Below, piece after piece: positions 28,316-40,300 of a stretch of DNA of 64,000 nt. The first letter of the stretch is position 1. Each line of letters opens with the position of its first letter. The position numbers and the translations under genes are program-made. The notes beneath the pieces were generated by a model. That model was not told where the DNA came from and did not search any database. It saw only the letters and a list, made by a program, of their open reading frames with translations. Source of the stretch: Kudoa neothunni (Eukaryota > Animalia > Cnidaria); contig OZ199838.1 in the NCBI GenBank assembly GCA_964304625.1, positions 2,517,502 to 2,581,501 of the forward strand. The letters are read 5' to 3'.

Positions 28316-28894
28316 TCCAACGAATTTGAAAAGATTTTTCTGTTAGTCCAGTTGTCATCATGTGTATTCTATATGATTTTTTGAGATTTTTTTCAAAAAT
28401 ATATGTTCCATCGGATATTTTATATCCATTACAACCGGATCGATCCTTATTATGGCATTTGAATACTTTGATAACCTTTTCATTCTTTTTTTCTTCAACT
28501 GTATAGCTTACTTCCCCAGCATTCGCTTTAACTACTTTAATAGTCGCATGATCTAGAGTTTCAACTTTTGAAAAATCATCCGATTCCACTTCTAAAAAAA
28601 TCCAAATTGATTTGTGTATGAGTTATAAAGGAGATTTACCGACAAAAAGTTGTTGCGGCTCGTATTTGATTCCATTATATTTAATAATAAAAAACATTTC
28701 TGAATTATATGGAACTCTAAAACTCAGAGGTTCAACAATTTCCTCCATAAATAGTCGTATGAAAAGTGGCTGTGAGTAAATATATCTATGGATTAGAAAG
28801 AATGAGGGGTTGAATTGTTTTTCATCTAGGTCTCCATATGATACAAAGAAAATACCTCCACCACTCTCTAAACTGTGTTTCATTGGATGCCCAT
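28316..28894 (-). CDS. two-exon block of the surface-receptor array
   Basis: Exons 28894-28640 and 28591-28316; all three flanking or internal junctions are phase 1. Confidence 0.6.
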
Positions 28895-29641
28895 CTAAAA
28901 AAATAAGAAAACCTAAAGCGTTCCAACATTCAACTTAAAAAACAAACATATTAAAAAAATTCTCTAAAAAATAAAACATATAATTTAATAGCAAGCTATT
29001 TTAGTTAAGAATATAGACATGTCGTGATATAAATAAAGGAAATCCATCAAAAACTTTGTAATAAAACATTTCATAGAATAGTTTAAATTTAGCTTATCCA
29101 GTATTTGTTTATTGTGTAATAAAGGTAGCATATTTTTTTATTTAAGCTAATATTATAATTTATTTATTAAACACAAAGTAATTATACGCCGTCTTAGTAC
29201 AAAATTAAATTGAACATTTGTTGGAAGATCACTATACTGGAACAATTTATGTTTAGAAAATTTGAACTATAAATAATAAATTAAAATTTTCTTTATTTAA
29301 TTTTAAAATACTGGAAAAATATTAACTTATATATGTATTGATAAATAATTTTCAATACAACTGTTAACCAAAGGGAAAATCTTAATGTAGGTTCAATTGT
29401 ATAACTTGAAACCACAATAAAGTTTATTCCGATTTATAATTTAAAGAAAACAAAATAATTGATTTTATCATTGGAAAAGTTGTATTATCTAATAATTTTC
29501 AAATTATATTACGCAACTTTAATGATAACAATTTACATGCATTCATTGTTAGAGATCAGTTCTCAATCCTTCTTCTTTGCGTTATAACGTTACTGTGTTT
29601 AAATTTTAATACAATAGGTTACCATTAGCACTCACAACGAA

Positions 29642-29800
29642 TACAGTAATGGATCGGTCATACATAGCACCGCTCGTACGTACACTTTTTATTTCACATA
29701 TTAAAAGGTTCACTCATATTTAGTATTATTTCAAAAATTATATAATGTTAGAATTACATGCATTAAATAACTTATAGACGTAGTTACTACGAATAAACGA
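29642..29800 (+). repeat. dispersed repeat, probable Tc1/mariner-type MITE end; second copy at ~62643-62805
   Basis: Shared tacatagcaccgc...aaaaggttcactcatattta...aaaaattatataatgttag; both copies begin with (TA/CA)CAGT. Confidence 0.7.
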
Positions 29801-29860
29801 AAAATAACAAGTTACGTGAGGATCATACGTACGTACCTTTTGTTTTAGCCGCGTGATGAA

Positions 29861-30107
29861 CCCTTAAAGGATAACCTTCGGCTTCACGCGCCACCTTTAT
29901 ATTATTTTGTTATAAAAATTGTTGTTATGCGTATTATATTTTGTGTATAATCGCCAGAATTTCGTCCACATTTTTAAAAAAGCATTATCTACCGACCGAA
30001 ATAATAAAATAAGTTAAAGATTGGGCGAAATTAGACAAAATATATCAGGTTTTACAGAAAAATAATATTAAGGTGGATGTGCGAATCCAATGGTTTGCCG
30101 TTAAGGG
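29861..30107. mobile_element. piggyBac-type MITE
   Basis: CCCTTAA...TTAAGGG termini with a ~50-bp imperfect inverted repeat (ccacctttatattatt / aataatattaaggtgg), flanked by TGAA and TTAA. Confidence 0.75.
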
Positions 30108-30538
30108 TTAAAATAAGCGGGTTTTTTTCTACCGGATTTAAACAATTAACAAGTTTTTATAGTTACATAAATGTGGTAGCTAGTTACAAAATGAAGGATA
30201 AACATAGGCACATGCTGTAAATATATAGTAGATGTGGTTTATAAAGGTGTCCTCCATAATCCATGGTGGTAACAATGGTGCAATGACAGCCTCTCCCCAT
30301 AGTTTCAGAAACGGAAGATGATTTTGCTAATAAAAATTGGAAGCTTTCAAAGGCGTTCTTAATTTATTCAGAAGAGTTTGTAAACTATTTTAAATATCAT
30401 GACTCATAGATGTGGGAGTTAATATCTGACCCTATTTCGGATGATTATTCAATTTAAATCGTATTTTTAAACAAAACAACTGATTTTCTCAGTGATATTT
30501 AAGTTATATAATATTATGATTATACTAAATTGAAACTA

Positions 30539-30683
30539 CAGTCCAACCTCGACTATCCGGAAAATTTAGGACCAGCGATTTTCTTTCCGAATAGCGAGGT
30601 TACAGTTAATCAAACATAAATTATGATTAAATAATTGTTCCGGTTTCCGGTTACCGAGATTCTGGATAATCGAGGTTTGGCTG
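30539..30683. mobile_element. pogo/Tigger-like MITE (145 bp)
   Basis: TA-CAGTCCAACCTCGACTATCCGGA ... TCTGGATAATCGAGGTTTGGCTG-TA: ~23-bp TIRs with a TA duplication. Confidence 0.85.
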
Positions 30684-31591
30684 TATAATAAAAAAGAATT
30701 TCCATTATAATGTGTTAATTAAAATTACCATAATTGCAATTAATCGTTTAACTTAAATCAATTAACTGAATAAAATTAATTTTTTCCAGCCCTTGTACAC
30801 ATATGTGTTGGGTGGTTTATTGCGCACCTAATTTGTATAACACACCTAATTATGATCCCCAATAAACTATGCTATAAGCGTGGTTAACCACGTAAGGAAC
30901 GAGTGTAGAATTCGTTAATTAAAAAATTTATATCACGAGAAAAATAATTTTTTTGTATTTACACCGCGTTTATGGTTGACGGTTCTTCATACAATAAAGT
31001 CTTATTAAAAATGAAATATCATTAACTTCTGGTTTAGTAAATTGAAATATAATTTATATCTTTATCTTAAATATTATTTTTAGCATATTTTCTTTGATGG
31101 TCTGATATCTGCAAATTTTTAAATATTTTAAAATTAAATTAAGCCGTGATTTGTTCAATTATGTTAAAATAATAATAAATCCAAATTTTCAATAAATTAA
31201 ACAAAATAATCCTCTTCCGTATTTTTAATTTTAGCTCAGAAGTAGGACAGAAAATAAATACATTATATTTTGTTTTACATTATCAAATGTACTGAAACTG
31301 ATAACTTTTATAATTAAATGATTTCAGTTTTACGAAATATGTAACTAGATACAAATATTTTTTTTTCATTTGTTTATTTTTTTTAGAATTAATTATATAT
31401 AACATAACACGGAATTCTAAATATTACTTGTTTAAAATTTCCTTCTGTTATCAACATTAATGGTATCCATTGAGTAAATACTCATGGCACACACAACTAA
31501 CATGGCAATTAATTAAGGTAACTAACTTTAAAGATATGAATATTTAACATAATTCTATGTTTTTCAATTTTAAATATATAAAGTAACATAC

Positions 31592-32205
31592 CTTTGATGT
31601 TCACTATAACTTTGTTTGATAGATTTTTTATACGAAGGGCATATTTATATAAATGTTCATCTTGAAGTGCTATGTTTAATCGCTCGCATGGTCCTTCCTT
31701 TGTTTCAATGCCCACAAAGTCATCCGATTCACTAAGTTTCTTTGAATCGTATGATGAAGCAATTTCGAAAAATTGACAGTGGAAACTTTTCAAAGCAAAC
31801 AATTCATTATCGAAAATTACGTCTGATGGTGTTACTCGACGATATACTATTTCAATATCCATTGGATCTTTAAATAATTTTAGCGAATAATGTTTTATAA
31901 TAAAAGTGTGATATAATTACCGCTGTCAATTTTTAGGGGTTCCTTTTGTTCACATTCTTTAGTTGTAATCGCGAAAATATAAGGTTGTGTTCTATCCACC
32001 TCAAACATAAGAATTTTGCAATGGTTTAATACACATCCTATTGAACTATTTTTGGAATATTTGACTACTCTTCCAGTAACACTGTGGCTAAGTTTCCAAC
32101 TTGCTTCGATTTTTTCTTTAGTTGTGGGTAATACCAAACTTAATTCAATAACATCCAGACCATATTTGTATTTTCCTGCAATATTACAAGTATTTGATTG
32201 AACAA
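31592..32205 (-). CDS. two-exon block of the surface-receptor array
   Basis: Exons 32205-31921 (contains IGCVLNHCKIL, the same CxxxxC hairpin) and 31867-31592; phase-1 junctions. Confidence 0.65.
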
Positions 32206-33189
32206 CTATCGAAATAGTAAACATTTAGAAAACATAAGGAAGATTCCAGCCATATTATTGATCAATCATTTATTTATTTTTAATTACGTGAAATTATCTT
32301 CACACTGTATATCAATATTGTTAAAAAAATAAAAATCTTATCCATTATTTCTCACTATCAATGAAAACTTCAAATGTATGTCGAATAATTTCACCGATAA
32401 TTTTAGGAGAGCTATAATGTCTATTGATCCAACATTAAGATAATAAACTTATATGGTTATTCATTTTTATTCTATTATATATATATATATATAAATTAAT
32501 CATATTAATAAGAAGGATGAAGCTAATTTTCAATATGTTTTAGTTAGGCTATATTCAATCATATGGGGATCTGAATGGCATTTAAGATTTACTCATACAT
32601 ACGAATAAAAGTACGATAGACGGCATATTTCTCGTAATACTATTGTACTCTCAAGAAAGTTGATAGCCACATGTAAGTAAACGTAAGGACTTTACTCTAT
32701 CACTCATGGACATAACTTTCCTTTCCTTTCCTTTGCAAGCAAGCATTTTATTTATTTTAATTATAATAAATCACTAACATAAACAGACACAATTTATTAT
32801 TATATCGCAAAATCATTTAAAATTTAATATTTGAATGATATATAGAATTAATGTAACTGCGTTTATTTCAATATTTTTATTTTTTGGCGCCAAATTGTTA
32901 TACAGGTTCATTAATAATTATAAATGAGGCAGCTACTTAATTACCTCCATTAAACTACAATTATTTCCGCCGACTTTTTTTACGACAGTCTTTAAATAAT
33001 TATGGTTAAATGAAAGGATCATTTAACTCCTAAAAACTTCGATTATGTGTTTTATGTAGTTTTCCTATTAATCTCCTAGTTGTGAACTTTGTTTTTGTTA
33101 TCCAGTCGAACACCACTAATCCGAAATTATCGGGACATTTGAGTTTACTATAGAATACTATATTTTAGCCAAAAATGGGTTATTGTTAT

Positions 33190-33320
33190 TGTAACACAAT
33201 GTCCGAACTGGGGTTTGAACTCGCGTTATTAGCATTAAAAGGCGATGATGCCATACCGTTTTGCTCTCGATCGGACACCTTCGATTGTTGGATTACAACC
33301 CTTATAATTCACATGTTACA
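33190..33320 (-). repeat. 131-bp element with TGTAAC...GTTACA ends containing a tRNA-like A/B-box core (copy 2)
   Basis: Minus strand has an A-box-like AGCAAAACGGTATGGC and a B-box GAGTTCAAACC; 6-bp terminal inverted repeat. Confidence 0.55.
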
Positions 33321-34323
33321 ATTACTTAATTAATTAATAATTTCTTCCCTATTTAGATATTGTAAATTTTTCTAATAAGGATGAAAATAATTAATGTACC
33401 AATAAGGAGTAGTTTCTTCGAGTTCTCCAAAAAGATCTATAGCATTATCCCCGTAATATGGTGTATTTACCGGCTACCAAAATTCAGCATGATGTCGTGA
33501 ATTTGTTCGGCCGATTTTTTCTTAGATATTGTTCAATCATTATATAAAGTTTCAGTATATACAAATAAATCAATTTTTTTTGTTTCGAATGTTTCCTAAA
33601 TTCGTTCGTTATAATCCTTTATATGTCGCATTAATCTCCTTTACGATACTATTTTAGGCATTGTCTTCCTGTTTTAACCAATTTAAATTAATGTTTTTGT
33701 AGAGTTATCCTATTTAGTTATTCAAAAATGTTTATTAAAATATGTGAAATCTACTTATTTGCCAATCTAATCAATTAAAAATGAATCTTTTTATTTTGGA
33801 AATTTTGACAATAAACAGATTTAAAATTGAAAAAACAATGTTTATAAATAATTTTACAAAAGAATTATGGTTTTTTTAGTTTAAGATTTTTTTGTAGACA
33901 ATTTTCTATCAAGAAGTAGATAATATTTTACGTTTTATGAAATGAGCTAAACATACTATTTGATTTTGATTAATATTTTTTATATCTTCTAGCAAATTCT
34001 TTTTCTATTCATTCAAAATGTTTTTTGTATATGCATAAAGTTAAAAATCATTTTAACGATAATATATCTGTTTCACAAAACGTTCAAAAATATACCTTAG
34101 GCGTAACCAGAACAATTAATATAAAGCTTGTATAATTGCATGTTCTGTTACAATATTTTTAATGTTTATGATTTGAATGTTGTTTATTCTTTTATAATTA
34201 AATTTTAACACTTTCATTATTTCATAGCATATTCATTTATAAAGGGCTTATTTGGCGTTGATGCCACCATAAACACTCATTTTATAAACTACAAAAACAC
34301 GTGACTATGCAAATGGATTAAAG

Positions 34324-36837
34324 CAGCGCTTCCCGATTGGGGGTTGGGGGTCGAGGGTCCATAAATGAGTCAAAGAAAAAAATGTATATCCTAGCATTGT
34401 AAGAAGGTTTTGAATATTGTAACGGTATGATATATTATAAACGCAGTTCCTACTAATTTATTTAAGGAAAATTATATTTATTGTTATTTTATTTAAAAAA
34501 ATGATGCCGAATGTAATAGTTTCGCTAAGAACATCTTTTGTAATGTATGTGAATCCGAATTGGCAACATTCGGATCAAGCTTTAATCATAATTATGTTAT
34601 TACTGATTTTATGTTCTCCCGAAATTAGCTTACGTTTTAGATTTAACTTTAGTTTAATATTATATATACATATATTCCATAAAAATATGACAATTAATTA
34701 TAATTTAATTTGATTTAGACAGATGCTAATAATAGAAATACTAGGATCTCTTGTTGGATATGACAATTTAATTATTAGTTTTAAATAGTCTGTAACTATA
34801 AAATATTTCGATAAATCTTAGATAAGTCACGCGAACCTAATTTCACCCTCTTTTACGTTTGATTTAATCCTAGCCTTTGTTTCAACATGGTAAATCATCA
34901 GAAAATTAGGAAATGGAATGAAGAATACACCCAGTATGGTTTTTCCAAGAGAGTAATTGATGAAATTGACAGGTCCCAATGTATTCTATGCGATATATTA
35001 TTTTCCAATTCAAGTTTGAAACCATCAAAACTACATGAGCATTTAACAATTAAGCATGGTGGAATATCATGAGCAGGGGATGATTCTCAATCTTTGGCCA
35101 CTATCAGGATAAAATTCGATTCAAGAATGATTCTTCCAACGCTAGGTTTTGCTCCATTTTGTAAATCATTTCTTTTGGCGTCATATAAAATTGCGAAGAA
35201 GAAAAAGCCACACACCATTGCCAAAACTCTTATTAAACCTTGTATTTTGGAATCGGCACGAATTATTTTGGGCCCAAATGCCGCTAAAAAGCTTCAAATG
35301 ATTCCATTCTCAAACAATATTATTCGAAATAGAATTGATGATATGAGTGCAGACGTACTCGATCAAGTTCTTTCAGATGTGAAAGCCTCACCTATAAAAA
35401 TCTCCATCCAGCTGGACGAGTCAACCGACGTGGCTAATTGTAGCCAATTAATTGCTTTCGTCCGCTATCATACATCAAAAGTTACCGAGGAAGAGTTTCT
35501 CTTTTGTAAACCCTTAACAAAAACTACCACTGCGAAGGATATTTAAGACATGGTCCATAACTTTTTTGATAGAAACAACATACCTTTCCAGCTTATTGGA
35601 TCTATTTGTACGGACGGTGCTACTCTAATGCGAAACCGAATTCCCGACGTTACTATTACCCATTGTATCCTTCATCGATAAGCTCTCATGTCAAAAAAGA
35701 TGTCAGAAACTTTGATAAACGTTATGAACTCTTGCATAAAAATTGTAAATTTTATCAAAGGCAGAGCTCTAAACCACAGACTCTTCAAGACATTTTGCAG
35801 TGACTTGGGTGAAGAAACATCTGCATTTCTGTACTATACCGAAGTCAGATGGCTTTCACGAGGCAATGCTTTAACTAGGTTTTTCGAACTTAGAAATGAA
35901 ATTCAGAACTTTCTATTCGAACAAAAATCTGATCTTGCGCGTACTTTTGAAATTCCCAATTTCTCATCTATTCTAGCCTACTTGGCAGATATTTTTAGTC
36001 ATATCAATGATCTAAATTGCTCTATTCAAGGAAGAGGGATAAATGCTATAGTTACCCGTGATAGACTGCGCTCTTTTAGGGGAAAATTGATGTTATGGAG
36101 ATCCAGAATCGATTGTCAAAACTTGGAGAATTTTTCTTATCTAGAAGAAATCGTTTTGAATGATACGAGCACTGTTTTTGAGGATTTCAAAAAGTATATA
36201 TGCGAGCATTTGGATCGATTGAGAAATTCATTCGATGATTACTTCACCTCTGGAGAAATACAGGAGTCAGAGAGTTGGATCATTAACCTCTTTGCATTCA
36301 AATTAGACAAAATAAATGATAATGACGAAGAAAAAGAAAATCTGATCAATTTGCAAGAATGCGCCATTCCATGAAATTGTTATTTGATTCTAGTTCGCCC
36401 GAACATTTTTGGTGCGTAACTTTAATTCAATATCCTACCCTTTCCAAAAGAGCTCTCCAAATACTGGTTCAATTCTCAACAACTTGACTTTGTGGAGCTG
36501 GATTTTCCACATTTCTGTATATACAAAATAAATATCAAAATTCACTCAATCTCGAAAATGATATGTGTTTATCATTATCCAATAATGAGCCTCGCTTCGA
36601 TGTTATTGTTTCCAAAAAAAGACAATAAAAGAGTCTTACACCGAATTAATTTATTCTTTTAACTACAGTTATTATATTTTTTTGTTATGAAAAGTATTGG
36701 TTCATTTTTGTTTTCGTATAATTTTTGGAAAACTTATGTTCGAATTCAACTAACTCCATTTCCTACTAAAGGTAGATCTGTTTTCAAATTCCTAATTCAA
36801 TGGGGGTCCGAAGTCTTAAACGAATCGGGAGGCGCCG
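34324..36837 (+). mobile_element. hAT Buster/Charlie (ZBED8/SCAND3-like) transposon, transposase pseudogene
   Basis: 15-bp TIRs CAGCGCTTCCCGATT / AATCGGGAGGCGCCG. BED finger (CILC...LKPSKLHEHLTIKH), KPHTIAKTLIKP, SIQLDESTD, TEVRWLSRG, LAYLADIF. Several stops and frameshifts. Confidence 0.92.
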
Positions 36838-36844
36838 CCCTATA

Positions 36845-36913
36845 AGGAAAAAAAATGTTGCGTACATGCGTACTTGCTGAGGCACACGGACATTTCAGCT
36901 TTATATATATAGA
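36845..36913 (-). mobile_element. non-autonomous Helitron 5' end fragment
   Basis: Minus strand A|TCTATATATATAAAGCTGAAATGTCCGTGTG; shares the ACATGCGTACTT motif with the copy at ~57570-57665. Confidence 0.5.
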
Positions 36914-37354
36914 TATATTTAAACTTTTAAAAACAATATTTTAATAAAAATCTTTAATGGAATTAATTACGATAATGTATGAAAATAAGTCACATTTTTT
37001 AAAATAGATATAAACTATCATATCATGTCAAAATTATTTCGAGGAAAATTTTAAAAATAGAGCGTCATGTAGATGCAAGTTTTACTTTTGTTCGTTTAAA
37101 TTTTCAATGAACATTTGGAATATGGGATTAATAAATAAGAATTAGGAAGTGATGCACAAAATAAATGTTGTTTAAGCGCTTATATAATTTTAGATAAATA
37201 TAAATCATGTTCAATATGAAAAAATATTAGTAATTATCAACTGTAATTATATTAATTCAAAGATAATTTTTAAACGACTAATAACAAATTTGTTAACTAA
37301 GTTTTGAAATAATCTAGGTAATTGATGCAATCAATGATGAATGTATCATAGACT

Positions 37355-40300
37355 TTATAGATCGTAAGAAATGTCCTTAGAATTCTTTCTGTAAACAGCT
37401 ATACCTATCACTACCAAAAGTGAAGCCACGACGGGTATCATTGCATATAATCTAAAAGAGATTATCTTCAACAAATATGTATTTTCTGTTACATATAACT
37501 TCCAACAGATCTATCTAATGTCAAACATGAAAACAAAACTAGATATTACGAGTATCTATTCTTTGCTGCATCAAAATTGTGATTTTCTTTATTATCTACA
37601 ATTTTTCTTATTTTTTAGATCATTAAATTATTTATATTCTACTAAACATAATGCTAAAAATATGACATAAAAATTGTTTTTACCCTTCCTCAACCTTTTT
37701 TATTACTTTCTGAACGATATCATCTATTACAATGTTGGCATACTCGCTCCTAATGTTTTCTCCTTCTATAAATTTTTTATTCCTTAAGTTTTATTTATTT
37801 AATTTACTAAAAGTGGATTATTATAATTATGTAATAGATAATTGGAATCCTATTACCCTTTCATTTTACCAATTCTTGAATCTTCGCCAAATATATTATT
37901 AGAAAATAAGGATTATTTAATAATTTAAACAAAATATATTTACATTGAATACTATATGGTCCATAAAGTGAGTGATCTTTTGCTTTCAATTTCAATATAT
38001 AATCCTTTTCTGTCGACAAATTATTGATGTTAACGGTACATTTATTGGCAGAGCATTCTTCATCATCATTACACCACGTAATAATTTCCCCCTCCTCTTT
38101 GTCTCCAATTTTTTCCTGAACCATAAACGGACATATTGAATTGTCATTTTTCCCATCGAAATCCACTTCAATTGTTAAGTCACTACCTTCACCCAACGAA
38201 TGTTTTATTGAAATAGCACCATTTACTAAAAAATATTATTAAACATAAGCTAATTTATTCGGAATACTTGTTTCAATGGAATACTCCTTTTGTTTTTTGC
38301 CATCAGATGGTTCGACTGTCACGTTGTAAGTCGCTCCTAAGTCTAGGTTGGCAATTTTGAACTTAGCATCACACTTGTTCTCGCATGCTCCCATTCCATC
38401 ACAAGAAGCCATATATTTTGGATCTAAGGTCCCACTTTTTTTAACATAAATTCTACAGACCGGCAAAAGATTTTCAGATCCAAGTGGTGTTATTGTAGCA
38501 GTGGAACCCTTTTTGGTGAGTGGTGAAATATTCTCAGTTAAGTTGCTTCCCCCGGCTAAATACACTGTTCAAATTTGATGTTTAAATAAGTTGTTACTTG
38601 TTCGGAATGTTGTTTTCTTTGTATACCGGTTTATCCCAATGTTGGTTACTGTTACAGAAATTACATAAGATGTGCCGGCGAGAAGCCCCTTAATAGGGTA
38701 TGACTCTTCACAGCTAGTGCCGCATTGATCACTCTTATCACAAATAGCCCCCACTTCAGTCGAAAACGTATTTGCTAGGCGTATTGTAATTGTACACACT
38801 GAAGCAGGGGTACTTGCTTTCATAACTTTATAAACGTTAAGTCCGGTAAGGGTGACTTCAGTATCCTTAATGTCTGTTAAAATTATGCCCTTGTCATTTC
38901 CTATAACACATTATTTTTAAAGTTGAATCTAACATTACTTTTAAAGTATTGTTTGAATCCAACGATATCAAACCTTCGTTTTACAATTATTCCAATATTC
39001 TCATTGTCTTCTGTCAAACTGATATCACCATCTTGACAAAGATGGAAGCACTCTTTTTCCTCCTCAGTACATCCATTCAGAAAATTACCTTCTTGATCTG
39101 CTCCGTTCCCATCTACCTTAAATGCCTTGATATGGCATATCTCCCTGTTGTATGGACCAGGAGAGAATTTTATCCGAAGTTTTCTATTGTTATCTTCAAC
39201 ACCTGAAACAGAATAAATGATCTCAGATTTTAGAGGGGACTCAGAATTCAAATAAGTATTATTAATATAATATAATATATCAGGCCATAACAATGTTGAA
39301 CTGATATTGTAATAACTTATGTATCTATCAATTAAGAGAGCTGCGAATTTTTCTTCTGGAGTCTCAGAATTAGCATCGATTTTTAAGTTGTCCTTTTCTG
39401 TACTGCTGTGTTCATCATCGTTACCGTCATTTTGTATATTCCATGCTGTTATTGAATTCGATTTGTAAGAGAACCTAACTTTTCCGTCAGCATAAGATAT
39501 AGCATAAGTGTTATCTTGTTTATAACCTGTAAAAAATATCGTTGAAAATTATAGTATATAAATATTATCATTTTTAATTACTCATTATTATTGCGAACAC
39601 TTGCGTCTTTTTACACCTTTTGGCTTCCTCTTTGTCTGTACCAAAACAAACTGATATATATCGATCAACTTTGGAATTAAGATATCCGACGTTAAGATCA
39701 CTTTTGGTACATTCCACCAAACAATCACCTTCATCTTCGTCTGTGCAGAGTTGTGGCTTCTTAAATGTAGTTCCTACAAAATTAGCCATTTTTATCACAC
39801 AATTGTTTGCGGTAAAATCTTTCAATGTAACGGAAAACTTCTCAGTTTCTTCACCCGAAGATTGTATAAACTTTTGTTCAAGTTTTCCGCGTCGAGTAAA
39901 AGCTAAAAATGTGTATCAATTGGGGTTTTTTGTGGAAGTTACCTGGTATCGACAATTTGAATGGTGCCGATTTTTCATCTGCATAAATCATTAACCTGTA
40001 GTTACACTTATTATCGTATATATCAGCAAACTGAATATCATCGCATTGTTTAACATCATCATTATTACAACCAATGCAAGACTTTATTATTTTCGTTGGT
40101 GAAACTATTTAAAGATAATGAATGTAAAATGGAACGATTACTTTCGTCTGTTTCATGTTTATATAACTGATAGTGGCATTTTGTGCCGCTAATATCATTC
40201 ATAGATTCTTTAGTTTGTATAATGAGCTTGTTCTTCTCGGAATTAGTTGAAATTTTAAATTGAATTATTTTACCAACTATTTATTATTTATTCACATATT

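Noticed and set aside
34887-36630. Domesticated ZBED8/SCAND3-like host gene
   Set aside because: Multiple stops and frameshifts plus retained TIRs indicate a dead transposon.
37541-37575. KNRY (AAKNRYS) resembles protein-tyrosine-phosphatase motif 1, suggesting an FN3-rich receptor PTP
   Set aside because: It lies N-terminal to the TM segment, and no WPD or HCSAG motif follows; the tail stops after 11 residues.
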